DNA of 64,000 nucleotides from Candidatus Omnitrophota bacterium (GTDB lineage Bacteria; Omnitrophota; Gorgyraeia; Aquiviventales; Aquiviventaceae). Below, in pieces: positions 54,742-64,000 of the stretch. The notes beneath the pieces were generated by a model that saw only the letters and a list, made by a program, of their open reading frames with translations, was not told the origin of the DNA and ran no database searches. The position numbers were made by a program, and so were the translations under genes. Positions within the stretch are counted from its first letter, which is position 1. Every line of letters begins with the position of its first letter. The stretch is from positions 36,880 to 100,879 of the forward strand of contig JAHFGX010000001.1 in NCBI GenBank assembly GCA_023247215.1. Direction: 5' to 3'.

Positions 54742-55154
54742 GCGCGAAGCGCGGCCCGGTGCCGTCCACGCTGGTGTCCATCCGGCCGCCGTTCGTGGAT
54801 GAGCGGGGGGCCATCCATAATTTGCTCGATCTGCCCATCTCCAGCGTCGCCGTGATCACGTCGGTCGCCGGGGCGGTGCGGGGCAACCATTACCACAAGA
54901 CCGACCACCACTACTGCTGGCTGCAGTCGGGCGAAATGCGCTACGCGCACCGGCCGGCCGGCAGCCGCGAGGCCCCGGAGGTATGGACCATCACAGCCGG
55001 GCAGATGTTCTATACGCCGCCCCAATACGAGCACGTCATGCTGTTTACCGCCGCCTCAGTCATGTTCGCGTTTGCGCGCCATCCCCGCGACATGGTCAAT
55101 TACGAAGCGGACACGGTTCGGATCCCGCCGCTGGCTCTCGCTCCCATCGGATGA
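54738..55154 (+). CDS. Cupin (FdtA/QdtA/RmlC-like sugar isomerase or epimerase)
   Basis: FVDERG, VRGNHYH, double-stranded beta-helix pattern. Confidence 0.8.
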   Translation: MSAKRGPVPSTLVSIRPPFVDERGAIHNLLDLPISSVAVITSVAGAVRGNHYHKTDHHYCWLQSGEMRYAHRPAGSREAPEVWTITAGQMFYTPPQYEHVMLFTAASVMFAFARHPRDMVNYEADTVRIPPLALAPIG

Positions 55155-56410
55155 GCGCCATCTCCCTGCGCACCCGGGACGACTGCCGGCTGTGCGGCTC
55201 CCGGCAGTTGGATCAAGCCCTCTCGCTCAACGCCACGCCGCTGGCCAATGCGTTCGTGACCGACGCGGAGCTGGCCGTGCCCCAACCGCGGTTTCCCCTC
55301 AACCTGTGGCTCTGCCGCGCCTGCGGCCATCTGCAATTGCGGGACGTCGTGGACCCCGAGCTGCTGTTCCGCAACTACGTGTACGTGTCCGGCACCTCGC
55401 CGGTCTTTGTGGAGCATTTCCGCCGCTACGCGGAGGCGATGCTGGCGTTCACTCGGATGCCGGCGGGGTCAGCCGTCGTCGAGATCGGCAGCAATGACGG
55501 CACGCTGCTGCGGTTCTTCCAGCAGGCCGGCATGCAGGTGCTCGGGGTGGATCCGGCCCGGGCAATTGCCGCCCAGGCGACCGCCTCCGGAATTTCCACC
55601 CGGCCGGATTTCTTCACGCCGGAGATGGCGCGCGCGTTGAAGCGGGAAAGGTGGGAGGCCAGGTTGATCGCGGCCAACAACGTCTTCGCCCATGCGGATG
55701 ATCTGGGCGGCATGGTGGACGGCGTGGCGCATCTGCTGGCCCCGGCCGGGGTATTCGTGTTTGAGGTCTCCTACCTGGTGGATGTGCTGGACAAGCTGCT
55801 CTTCGACACCATCTATCACGAGCACGTGAGCTACCATACCGTCACGCCGCTGCGCGACTTCTTCCGCCGGCACGGGCTGGAGCTGGTGGATGCCATCCGC
55901 GTGGACCCGCATGGCGGGTCGCTGCGCGGGATCGCCCAGCGCCTGGGCGGGCCGTGGCCGGTCAGCCCGCGGGTGGAGGAGCTGGTGGCGTTGGAGCGCG
56001 AACGGGGGATGGCCAGCCTCGAGACCTACCGGACGTTTCACGACCGGATTGCCGGGCTCAAGGCGCCATTGCTGGAGCTGCTGCGAAGCCGCAAAGCGCA
56101 GGGGCGCAGGATTGCCGGCTTCGGGGCGCCGGCCAAGGCGACGACGCTGATGTTCCATTTCGACATCGGTCCGGACCTGGTGGACTATGTCGTGGATGAC
56201 AGCCCGTGGAAGCAGGGGCTCTATTCGCCCGGCCACCACCTGCCGGTGCGTCCGGCCTCCGCCCTCTATGAGTCGTCGCTGCGCCCGAATGATGCGTTGA
56301 TCCTCGCCTGGAATTTCGCGCCCTCCATCCTGGCCAAGCACCGCGCCTTCCTGGAGGGAGGCGGGGAGTTCATCGTGCCGCTGCCGGCGCTGGAAGTGGT
56401 GAAGCGATGA
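55151..56410 (+). CDS. NDP-hexose C-methyltransferase (TylCIII/EryBIII/NovU family)
   Basis: CRLCGS...PLAN...CRACGHLQL, EIGSNDG, NNVFAH, FDTIYHEH, HGGSLR, GAPAK, ILAWNF. Confidence 0.92.
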   Translation: MSAISLRTRDDCRLCGSRQLDQALSLNATPLANAFVTDAELAVPQPRFPLNLWLCRACGHLQLRDVVDPELLFRNYVYVSGTSPVFVEHFRRYAEAMLAFTRMPAGSAVVEIGSNDGTLLRFFQQAGMQVLGVDPARAIAAQATASGISTRPDFFTPEMARALKRERWEARLIAANNVFAHADDLGGMVDGVAHLLAPAGVFVFEVSYLVDVLDKLLFDTIYHEHVSYHTVTPLRDFFRRHGLELVDAIRVDPHGGSLRGIAQRLGGPWPVSPRVEELVALERERGMASLETYRTFHDRIAGLKAPLLELLRSRKAQGRRIAGFGAPAKATTLMFHFDIGPDLVDYVVDDSPWKQGLYSPGHHLPVRPASALYESSLRPNDALILAWNFAPSILAKHRAFLEGGGEFIVPLPALEVVKR

Positions 56411-57468
56411 GCCGGCTGTACGTTCCCAGCGACATCGAGCAGATTGTGGACGGGCTGGGCCCGGACGCCGGCGCGTTTGACGGCGCGTCCATCCTCCTCT
56501 GCGGCGGGCACGGGTTCCTGGGCCGGTATTTCACCGCCGTCTTCGCCGCGCTGAACCGCCGGGTGCTGAGGGCGCCCTGCCGCCTCATCGTGATGGACAA
56601 CAACGCGACCGGCGGTCCCGCGGTCACGCCTCCGGCGGATGCCGGCTATGAGTTCATCGCGCACGACATCACGCAGCCCGTCACCCTGCCGATGCCGATG
56701 GACTACATTATCCACGCGGCCGGGATCGCCAGCCCGGCTTATTACCAGCGGTTCCCCCTGGAGACGCTGGAGGTCGCCACCCTCGGCACCAAGCACCTGC
56801 TGTTGTTGGCTCGGCAGCAGCCGCGCCTCAAAGGGTTCCTGTTCTTCAGCTCCAGCGAGATCTACGGCGACCCGGACGAGCGGCACCTGCCCACACCGGA
56901 GACCTACCAGGGCAACGTCTCCTGCATCGGGCCGCGGGCCTGCTACGATGAATCCAAGCGGCTCGGCGAGACGCTCTGCGCGATCTTCCATGAGCGCCAC
57001 GGCGTGCCGACGGCGATGGTCCGTCCCTTCAACGTGTACGGACCGGGCATGCAGGAGCGCGATTATCGCGTGCTGCCGAACTTCGCCAGCCGCATCGTCG
57101 CGGGCCAGCCGATCCACGTGTACGGCCACGGCCGGCAGACGCGCACCTTCTGCTACGTGACCGATGCGGTGACCGGGTTCCTGAAGGCGCTCCTCGCGGG
57201 GCATCGGGGGGAGCCCTACAACATCGGCAATCCCACGCCGGAGATTTCCATGTTCGAGCTGGCCAAGACGCTGGAACGCGTTTTGGGCCGGTCGCTGGAC
57301 ATCCGCCTGGCGTCTTACCCGGACAGCTATCCCCAGGACGAGCCGCAGCGCCGCTGCCCGGACATCAGCAAGGCCGCGGCGCATCTGGGCTATGCGCCGG
57401 CCGTGCCGCTTGAGGAGGGGTTGAAGCGATTCATGGCGTGGGCGGCGGCCAACTACGCCGGGGCATGA
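56407..57468 (+). CDS. NAD-dependent epimerase/dehydratase (UDP-glucuronate decarboxylase-like)
   Basis: GGHGFLG, AGIASP, SSSEIYG, RACYDESKR, RPFNVYGP, RRCPD. Confidence 0.88.
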   Translation: MSRLYVPSDIEQIVDGLGPDAGAFDGASILLCGGHGFLGRYFTAVFAALNRRVLRAPCRLIVMDNNATGGPAVTPPADAGYEFIAHDITQPVTLPMPMDYIIHAAGIASPAYYQRFPLETLEVATLGTKHLLLLARQQPRLKGFLFFSSSEIYGDPDERHLPTPETYQGNVSCIGPRACYDESKRLGETLCAIFHERHGVPTAMVRPFNVYGPGMQERDYRVLPNFASRIVAGQPIHVYGHGRQTRTFCYVTDAVTGFLKALLAGHRGEPYNIGNPTPEISMFELAKTLERVLGRSLDIRLASYPDSYPQDEPQRRCPDISKAAAHLGYAPAVPLEEGLKRFMAWAAANYAGA

Positions 57469-57475
57469 AGCGCCG

Positions 57476-57551
57476 GGCCACGGGTCCTGCCGCCTGCGAT
57501 GGCCCGTCGGCTTCGCGCGCCGGGCGCCCATCTCCGGCGTCACCCGTGGCC
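57476..57551. repeat. Intergenic inverted repeat / long imperfect hairpin
   Basis: GGCCACGGGT (57476-57485) pairs with ACCCGTGGCC (57542-57551); nested GCCG/CGGC, GATGG/CCATC and CCCG/CGGG stems. Confidence 0.5.
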
Positions 57552-57580
57552 AATTCGGTCGCAGCCGGCGACGTGTGACG

Positions 57581-58558
57581 ATGGCCGCCGCGGTGAGAAT
57601 AGGGTTGATTGGGTTGGGGCGGTGGGGGCAGGTGTATGTGCGCGCCCTGGCGGCGCTGCCATCACGCTGCCGATTGACGCACGTGGGGACGCGCCATCCG
57701 GAGCGCCTGAAAGGGTTGGGGGCGGCGGGGGCGACCGTGGTGCCGGACTGGGCGGATGTGATCCAGGCGGAGTGCGATGCGGTCATCGTGGCGACTCCGC
57801 CCCAGACGCACGCGGCGCTGTTGGAGGCTTGCCTCGAGGCCGGCAAACCTTGTATCATCGAGAAGCCGTTGTGCCTGGACCTCGCGGCGGCGGAGCGGTT
57901 GCATCGGCGGGTGGCCGCGAGCCGGGTGCCGGTCCTCGTGGACCACACCCAGCTCTTCAGTCCGTCGTACGGCGCGGTGAAAGAGGCGCTGGCGCGGGAG
58001 GGGGAGCCCATCCGGGTCGTGTGGTCTGAGGGCATGGCGCTGGGCCCGTTTCGTGACGACGTGCCCGCGCTGTGGGATTGGGCGCCGCACGACGTCAGCC
58101 TCTGCCTGGACCTGTTCGGCCAGGCGCCCTCGCAGGTCGCGGCGCTCGGAGGGCCGAGGAATGCCGGCGGCGCGCCGGAGATGGTGAGCCTGCGGCTGGA
58201 GTTCCCGGCCGGGGGGTGCGGGTGGATTCACGCCGGCCGGCTCTCGCCGGCGCGGCGGCGCGCGTTGAGCGTATTCACGGACACCCGCATCTACCGCGCG
58301 GATGATTCGGCCGATCCTGCCGCCGGGGTCGCGCCATTTGCGTTCGCCGCCCGGTCCGAGACCGGGCGCGCGGAGCCGGTGGAGTTCTCCCCGCTGGGTC
58401 CGGCCTCCTCCTCGCCGGCGATGGACCGTATGCTGAACTATTTTTTGGACGGCCTGGCCGGCGGCGACCGGACGAAGTTCGGCACCGGGTTGGCCACGGA
58501 GGTCGTGCGGACGCTCTCGGCGTGCGAGCCGATGCTGCACCCATCAAGAAAGCGATGA
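57581..58558 (+). CDS. Gfo/Idh/MocA family oxidoreductase
   Basis: IGLIGLGRWG, VATPPQTH, IEKP, DWAPHD. Confidence 0.9.
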   Translation: MAAAVRIGLIGLGRWGQVYVRALAALPSRCRLTHVGTRHPERLKGLGAAGATVVPDWADVIQAECDAVIVATPPQTHAALLEACLEAGKPCIIEKPLCLDLAAAERLHRRVAASRVPVLVDHTQLFSPSYGAVKEALAREGEPIRVVWSEGMALGPFRDDVPALWDWAPHDVSLCLDLFGQAPSQVAALGGPRNAGGAPEMVSLRLEFPAGGCGWIHAGRLSPARRRALSVFTDTRIYRADDSADPAAGVAPFAFAARSETGRAEPVEFSPLGPASSSPAMDRMLNYFLDGLAGGDRTKFGTGLATEVVRTLSACEPMLHPSRKR

Positions 58559-59436
58559 ACGACATGCAGGATGCGCGGCTCAATGCAGAATGTCCTGCCT
58601 GGGGCGGGGTGGACGGGCGCGCCGCCGCGGGCGTCTTTGACGATCTGACCGCCTATCTTCAGCAGCCTCTCAAGGACATTGCGCAGGCCTATTGGCGCGA
58701 GCGGGACGGGGCGGATCAAGCCGCGCAGCGCCGGGTGGCCGAAGCGACCGATGAGGGTCCGGTCTTGTCCTATTACGCCCAGACGCCGATTTACCTCTAC
58801 CAGTTGAGCTACTGGGAGGCATGCCGCGACAAGCAGGCCTGGTTCCAGGTGGTGGAGCGCGCCTGCCGACGCTACGGGCTGATGCGCGTGCTGGATTTCG
58901 GCGGCGGGGTCGGGGGATTGACGTGTTACCTGGGCCGGCGCGGCATCCGCTGCGATTACGTGGACGTCGGCGGCAAGACCTTCGAGTACGCCGGGTGGCG
59001 GTTTCGCCGGCATGGCCTGTCCGTGCGCCAGTTTGATATTACCAAGCCGGAGCAGTTGCCCGCCGAGCCGTATGACGCGGTGCTCACGTGGGACGTGCTC
59101 GAGCATCTCTTCGACCTGGATGGCGCTCTCCAGACTATCGCGCGGCTCATCAAGTCGGGCGGGTGGTTCCTGCACAAGTCCACCTTTGCGCACGCCCATG
59201 AGGAGCATGAGCATGTGCACCTGGAGAAGCATGCGTGCTACCATGACATCAGCCAATTCAATGCGTTGGTCTGCCGTCATGGGTTCCGGTTTGTGGGGCA
59301 GCTCAAGCCCAGCCAGCTCTCCCGCGTGCTGCGGCAATGCGGCTGGCCCTATGCCGTCGCCGGCATCCGCGTGGTGCCGCGCCTAAAGCACGGAGGGAAT
59401 TTCCTCGTGCATTGCCGGAAGGCGGGTGACGCATGA
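58555..59436 (+). CDS. Class I SAM-dependent methyltransferase
   Basis: VLDFGGGVG, YDAVLTWDVLEHL, IKSGG. Confidence 0.85.
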   Translation: MNDMQDARLNAECPAWGGVDGRAAAGVFDDLTAYLQQPLKDIAQAYWRERDGADQAAQRRVAEATDEGPVLSYYAQTPIYLYQLSYWEACRDKQAWFQVVERACRRYGLMRVLDFGGGVGGLTCYLGRRGIRCDYVDVGGKTFEYAGWRFRRHGLSVRQFDITKPEQLPAEPYDAVLTWDVLEHLFDLDGALQTIARLIKSGGWFLHKSTFAHAHEEHEHVHLEKHACYHDISQFNALVCRHGFRFVGQLKPSQLSRVLRQCGWPYAVAGIRVVPRLKHGGNFLVHCRKAGDA

Positions 59437-60140
59437 TCTGGGAGCGGACCGTCCCGATCCTGGTCTATCACCGCATCGGTGAGCCGGCGGGGGACCATGT
59501 GCCGACCGTCACGCCGGAAAGCTTTGAGCGGCAATTGGTCTGGATGGCCAAGCGGCACTATCGCGTCATCGGGCTGGCGGAAGTGGTCGAGAAGCTGCGC
59601 CGCGGCGCGCCGATCCCGCCCCGGCATCTGGTGATGACTTTCGATGACGGCTACGAAGAGACGGCAACGATCGCCGCCCCGCTGTTGCGGCGATTCGAGT
59701 TTCCCGCCACGGTGTTTGTGACCCCCAACGAGATCGGCCTGCCGGGCTTCATGACGTGGGAGCAGGTGCGCGCCATCGGGCACGAGGGCATCGCGATCGG
59801 CAGCCACACGCTGCACCACACCTACCTGCCGCTGGCCTCCGAGGAGGCGGTGGAGCTGGAACTGGTCGAGTCGAAGCGGGTGCTGGAGCAGGAGCTGGGG
59901 CAGACGGTGGACTGGCTTAGCTACCCGGTCGGCGGCTACACCCCCCAGGCGCAGGCCGTGGCCGAGGCCGCGGGCTATCGCGCGGCGTGCACGACCAACC
60001 GCGGCGTGCGCCGGCGCAATGACGACCTGTTCGCCCTCCGCCGCATCAAGATGACGGAGCGCGATCAGTATCCGCTCTCGCTCTGGGTCAAGCTCTCAGG
60101 TTATTACGATCTGTTCCGCCGGTTCGAGCACCCCTACTAA
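59433..60140 (+). CDS. Polysaccharide deacetylase (NodB/CE4)
   Basis: PILVYH, TFDDGY, GSHTLHH, SYPVG. Confidence 0.92.
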   Translation: MIWERTVPILVYHRIGEPAGDHVPTVTPESFERQLVWMAKRHYRVIGLAEVVEKLRRGAPIPPRHLVMTFDDGYEETATIAAPLLRRFEFPATVFVTPNEIGLPGFMTWEQVRAIGHEGIAIGSHTLHHTYLPLASEEAVELELVESKRVLEQELGQTVDWLSYPVGGYTPQAQAVAEAAGYRAACTTNRGVRRRNDDLFALRRIKMTERDQYPLSLWVKLSGYYDLFRRFEHPY

Positions 60141-60142
60141 GA

Positions 60143-61294
60143 GTGCGTCCCCGGAACCCCGGTACGCCGATTCGCATCGTCGTCGGATACGTCATCGCAG
60201 GCGCCGGCCATCGCCGGGCGGCTGAGGCCATTGCCGAAGCGGCACGCCGCCGCTGGCCCTCGGCGCATGTGATCTGCGAGGACTGTCTGGCCCTCACCCC
60301 CGGATGGTGGCGCTCCGGCTACCCGTGGTTTTATGAATGGATGGTCCGTCATGCGCCAGGGTTATGGGCGTCGGGATATTGGATGCTGGACCAGGTCTGG
60401 GCGGCGCCGGTGTGGCGCCCGCTCCGGCGCCTCTGGAACAAGCTCATCGGGAACCGGTTCCTGCGGGCGCTTCGCGCGAACCCGCCGGATGTCGTCATCG
60501 CGACCCACTTTTTTCCCGCCGAGTTGCTAGCGTCAGAGCGCCGCGCCGGCCGCTTGTCGAGCCGTCTGGTCGTGGTCGTCACGGACCTCTTTCCGCATCG
60601 CCTCTGGCTCACGCCCGGAGCCGATCTCGTCGTGGTGGGATCCGAGATTACGGCCGGCTGGTGCCGGGCGCGCGGCGTTCCGGCCGAGCGGTTGGCGGTG
60701 CTGGGCGTCCCGGTGGCCGAAGCGTTCGGCCGGCCGGTGGATCGGGACGCGCTGCGCCGGCAGCTGGGGTTGGACCCGGCTCGTCGCACGGTCTTGGTCG
60801 TCAGCGGCGGCATGGGGGTCGGGCCGATGGAGCTGATCGTCCGGAAATTGTGCGAGCCTGGGTCGGCCTGGGGGGAACGGCTGCAGTTGCTGGTCGTGTG
60901 TGGCCAGAATGAGCGCCTTCGGCAGCGTTTGCAGGACGTGGCCTTGTCCGCCGCGATGCCGATGCAGGTGTTCGGATTCGTGGACACGATGCCCCAGTTG
61001 ATGCAGGCCAGCGACGTGATGGTGAGCAAGGCCGGCGGGCTGGCGGTGGCGGAAGCGGCCGCCGTGGGACTGCCGCTGGTGTTGTGCGGCGTGATCCCCG
61101 GCCAGGAGCAGTTCAATGCCGAGGTGATGGTTCGGGAAGGCGCCGCGGTCCTCGCAGAACGCCCCGAGCATGCGGTCGTGCAGGTGGTGACGCTGTTGAA
61201 TCGTCCCGCCCGCCTCGAGCTGATGCGGACGTGCGCGCAGCGGCTGGGCCGTCCCCGCGCCGCTGAGGATATTGTGGAGTGGATTGGCGGATGA
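60143..61294 (+). CDS. MGDG synthase / UgtP-like glycolipid glycosyltransferase (GT28)
   Basis: GAGHRRAA, ATHF, VVTD...H..W, SGGMG, SKAGG, IPGQEQFNA. Confidence 0.88.
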   Translation: MRPRNPGTPIRIVVGYVIAGAGHRRAAEAIAEAARRRWPSAHVICEDCLALTPGWWRSGYPWFYEWMVRHAPGLWASGYWMLDQVWAAPVWRPLRRLWNKLIGNRFLRALRANPPDVVIATHFFPAELLASERRAGRLSSRLVVVVTDLFPHRLWLTPGADLVVVGSEITAGWCRARGVPAERLAVLGVPVAEAFGRPVDRDALRRQLGLDPARRTVLVVSGGMGVGPMELIVRKLCEPGSAWGERLQLLVVCGQNERLRQRLQDVALSAAMPMQVFGFVDTMPQLMQASDVMVSKAGGLAVAEAAAVGLPLVLCGVIPGQEQFNAEVMVREGAAVLAERPEHAVVQVVTLLNRPARLELMRTCAQRLGRPRAAEDIVEWIGG

Positions 61295-61301
61295 CCTGCG
61301 C

Positions 61302-61994
61302 ATGAGTGACGACGTACGGCGAATCGCGCGCGGCCTGAAGCGATACGCGGAGGGCCTGCGCGCGATTGAGGTCCGCCGGGTACCGCGCCATCGTCAGGCG
61401 TCGCCCCCGCTGCCGCGCGCGCCGGCCGGCGGCGCCAAGCGCGACGCGCTGGCGGCGCTGGTCAAGCAAGTGGAAGCCTGTCAAGCCTGCTCGCTCTACC
61501 GCACCCGCACGCACGCCGTCGTCAGTGACGGTGATCCGGACGCCAAGCTGGTGTTCATCGGGGAGGCGCCGGGCCGGGACGAAGACCTGCAGGGCAAGCC
61601 CTTCGTGGGCGCCGCGGGCCAGTTGCTCACCAAGATGATCGAGGCGATGGGCTTCGCGCGCCAGGGCGTCTACATCTGCAACGTCCTCAAAGACCGCCCG
61701 CCGGGCAACCGCCTGCCGGAGCCGGATGAGATCGAGGCCTGCCTGCCGTTTCTTGAGCAGCAGTTGGCGATCGTGCAGCCCAAGGTGATCTGCCTGCTCG
61801 GCTCGGTCGCCGCCAAGGCCATCCTCGGACCCCATGTGGCGATCACCAAAGTCCGCGGGCAGGTGTGGGACTATCACGGCACCCCGGTGGTGCCGACGTT
61901 TCATCCGGCCTACCTGCTGCGCAATCCGCCGGCCAAGAAGTTCGCGTGGGTGGATTTGAAAAAGGTCAAGCAGCTCCTCGAGGACCGCGGCTGA
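61302..61994 (+). CDS. udg: Uracil-DNA glycosylase family 4 (4Fe-4S)
   Basis: CQAC, GEAPG, PFVGAAG, RPPGNR, TFHPAYLLR. Confidence 0.92.
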   Translation: MSDDVRRIARGLKRYAEGLRAIEVRRVPRHRQASPPLPRAPAGGAKRDALAALVKQVEACQACSLYRTRTHAVVSDGDPDAKLVFIGEAPGRDEDLQGKPFVGAAGQLLTKMIEAMGFARQGVYICNVLKDRPPGNRLPEPDEIEACLPFLEQQLAIVQPKVICLLGSVAAKAILGPHVAITKVRGQVWDYHGTPVVPTFHPAYLLRNPPAKKFAWVDLKKVKQLLEDRG

Positions 61995-62007
61995 GCGGCC
62001 GGGCTCC

Positions 62008-64000
62008 ATGGTTGCGCAAGTGGTCTTCAACCTGCCGATTAATCGCGCGTTCGATTACGCGATCCCCGACGCGATGCGCTCCCGCGTGCAGCCCGGCATG
62101 CGGGTCGTGGCCCCGTTCGGCCACCGGCGATTGGTCGGCATGGTCGTGCGGCTCCAGTCCCGCAGCCGTCTCCGCCGCCGGTTGAAAACGCTGCTCCGCG
62201 TTTTGGACGCCGCCCCCGTGCTTCCGCCGGAGGGATTTGAGTTGGCGCGGTGGATCGCGGACTACTACTACTGCAGCCTGGGCGAAGCGTGTGCCAGCAT
62301 CGTGCCTTCGGCGCTCCGGATTCGGCCGCCGCGAGCCGCCGCGCCGGCGCGCATGGAGCCGGCCCTGCCCGCGGTGCCGGCGCGCGCGGAAGAGCCGCCT
62401 CTCCAGCTCACTGAACCCCAGCAGGCGGCGTGGAATCGCATGGCCGCCGACCTCTCCGCCGGCCGCCATGAAACCTTTCTCGTGCATGGCGTGACCGGGT
62501 CAGGGAAGACCGAACTCTATTTGCGCGCGGTGGACTTGTCGCTCTCGCAAGGCAAAGCGGCGGTGGTGCTTGTGCCGGAGATCGCGCTGACCCCGCAAAC
62601 CATTGACCGGTTCCGCCAGCGGTTCGGCGAGGCGGTGGCGCTGTGGCACAGCCGCGTGACGGCGCGCCAGCGGGCGCAGACCTGGCAGGAGCTGCTGGAA
62701 GGGCGCCGGCGCGTGGTCGTCGGCACGCGCTCCGCCGTCTTCGCGCCGGTCGCGCCCCTGGGGGTCATCATCCTGGACGAGGAGCACGACCCCTCCTATA
62801 AGCAGGACGACGTGCCCCGCTACCATGCCCGCGACGTCGCGCGGGAGCGCGCGCGGCGCGCCGGCGCGCCGTTGATTTTAGGCAGCGCGACCCCCTCCAT
62901 TGAAAGCTATTTCGAGGCCGTCTCGGGCCGCGCGCAATTGCTGGAGCTGCCGGAGCGCGTCGCCGGCCGGCCGCTTCCTGCCATTGAGCTGATTGACATG
63001 CGCGAGGAGCTGGGGGCGCGGCACCGCCTGCTGCCTCTCTCGCGGCGCCTCCAGCGCGCGCTGGAGCGGGTGGTGCAGTCGAACGAACAAGCCATCCTCC
63101 TGCTGAACCGCCGGGGGTTCGCCCGGACGCTGATGTGCCCGGTCTGCGGCACGGTGGTGCGCTGCGCGCAGTGCGACGTGCCCATGGTCTATCACGCCCA
63201 GTCGTCACGAGTGCGCTGCCACTATTGCAACGCGCATCAGCCGCCGCCCGAGACGTGCCCCGCCTGCCACAAGGGGTACGTGCGGTTCCGGGGCGCGGGC
63301 ACCGAGCGCATCGAATCCGAGCTGCACCGGCTCTTTCCCGCCTCCGGCATCGGCCGGATGGACCGCGACACCACCACGGGGCGCGACAGCCACCGGCAGC
63401 TCTACGAGGCGATCAAGACCCATCAGGTGGATTTGATGGTCGGCACGCAGATGGTGGCGAAAGGGTGGGACTTGCCGCAGGTGACTGTGGTGGGCGTCAT
63501 CTCGGCGGACACCGCGTTGAACCTGCCGGATTTCCGCGCCGGCGAGCGGACCTTTGATCTGCTCACGCAGGTAGCGGGACGCGCGGGGCGCGGCGAGCGG
63601 CCCGGGCAGGTGTTCATTCAGACGTACTGCCCCACTCACTACGCGATCCAAGCCGCGGCGCGGCACGACTACCGGGGATTTTTCCAGGCCGAGCTGCAGA
63701 TGCGGCAGCGCCTGCAGTTGCCGCCCGCCGCGCATCTCGTAGAGCTCACCGTCCAAGGCTCCACGGCCGCGCGCGTCCAGGCCGCGGCAGAGGCGCTGGC
63801 CGAGGCGCTGCGCAAGGCGATTGGGCGGCGTGGCATTGTGCTCTTGGGCCCGTCGCCGCACCGCATCGCGCGCGTGCGCCGCCTGACGCGCTGGCACGTG
63901 ATTCTCCGGGCCGCGAAGGTGCCGCCGATCGTGGAGGCGGTGCGGAAGGTGCTGGGGCAGAGCCGGCAGTTCAAAGGATTGCCGGTGCTAGTGGACGTGG
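62008..64000 (+). CDS. priA: Primosomal protein N' (replication restart helicase), 3' end truncated
   Basis: Read manually (absent from ORF track because there is no stop in the window): MVAQVVFNLP...FDY, HGVTGSGKTELY, VPEIALTPQ, DEEH, four CxxC, GTQMVAKG, QVAGRAGR. Confidence 0.95.
   Translation, partial: MVAQVVFNLPINRAFDYAIPDAMRSRVQPGMRVVAPFGHRRLVGMVVRLQSRSRLRRRLKTLLRVLDAAPVLPPEGFELARWIADYYYCSLGEACASIVPSALRIRPPRAAAPARMEPALPAVPARAEEPPLQLTEPQQAAWNRMAADLSAGRHETFLVHGVTGSGKTELYLRAVDLSLSQGKAAVVLVPEIALTPQTIDRFRQRFGEAVALWHSRVTARQRAQTWQELLEGRRRVVVGTRSAVFAPVAPLGVIILDEEHDPSYKQDDVPRYHARDVARERARRAGAPLILGSATPSIESYFEAVSGRAQLLELPERVAGRPLPAIELIDMREELGARHRLLPLSRRLQRALERVVQSNEQAILLLNRRGFARTLMCPVCGTVVRCAQCDVPMVYHAQSSRVRCHYCNAHQPPPETCPACHKGYVRFRGAGTERIESELHRLFPASGIGRMDRDTTTGRDSHRQLYEAIKTHQVDLMVGTQMVAKGWDLPQVTVVGVISADTALNLPDFRAGERTFDLLTQVAGRAGRGERPGQVFIQTYCPTHYAIQAAARHDYRGFFQAELQMRQRLQLPPAAHLVELTVQGSTAARVQAAAEALAEALRKAIGRRGIVLLGPSPHRIARVRRLTRWHVILRAAKVPPIVEAVRKVLGQSRQFKGLPVLVDV

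Noticed and set aside
444-63974. Many long minus-strand and alternate-frame ORFs (e.g. 6317-7672, 8103-9533, 46277-47809, 56266-58035)
   Set aside because: Arg/Pro/Ala-rich shadows of well-supported + strand genes, typical of high-GC DNA, with no motifs
62008-64000. Apparent lack of a long ORF at the window end (pseudogene)
   Set aside because: priA helicase motifs occur in order from ATG 62008; it is missing from the track only because its stop lies beyond the window
1-64000. CRISPR array, tRNA/rRNA, transposase, prophage or defence genes
   Set aside because: No regularly spaced repeats, RNA-gene signatures or such protein motifs recognised; coding density leaves almost no room

Overview
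High-GC bacterial DNA (lineage not determinable from sequence alone) made up almost entirely of one very large cell-surface glycan/LPS biosynthesis locus: about 58 genes, all but one on the + strand and mostly translationally coupled. It ends in housekeeping genes (MGDG/UgtP-type glycolipid synthase, family-4 uracil-DNA glycosylase, partial priA). Three sugar-building cassettes are visible. (1) A NeuB/HAD/NeuA nonulosonate cassette with unusual tailoring enzymes. (2) A cassette encoding a pyruvate-type aldolase fused to a Maf/DUF115-like domain, a HAD phosphatase, a degenerate ferredoxin-NADP reductase, an LdpA-family 2x[4Fe-4S] protein, KdsB, a cobalamin-binding radical SAM enzyme and an orphan transferase; this is the best candidate for an undescribed system. 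(3) A Gmd/cupin/C-methyltransferase branched-sugar cassette. Wzx, WecA-like, WaaL, GT9, GT2, GT4 and GT-C genes are also present. A 77-bp palindromic MITE-like element with terminal inverted repeats and a 7-bp target duplication is inserted in frame in a small gene at 47844-47920. No rRNA, tRNA, CRISPR array or transposase was recognised. All family calls come from motif recognition by eye; no searches were run.
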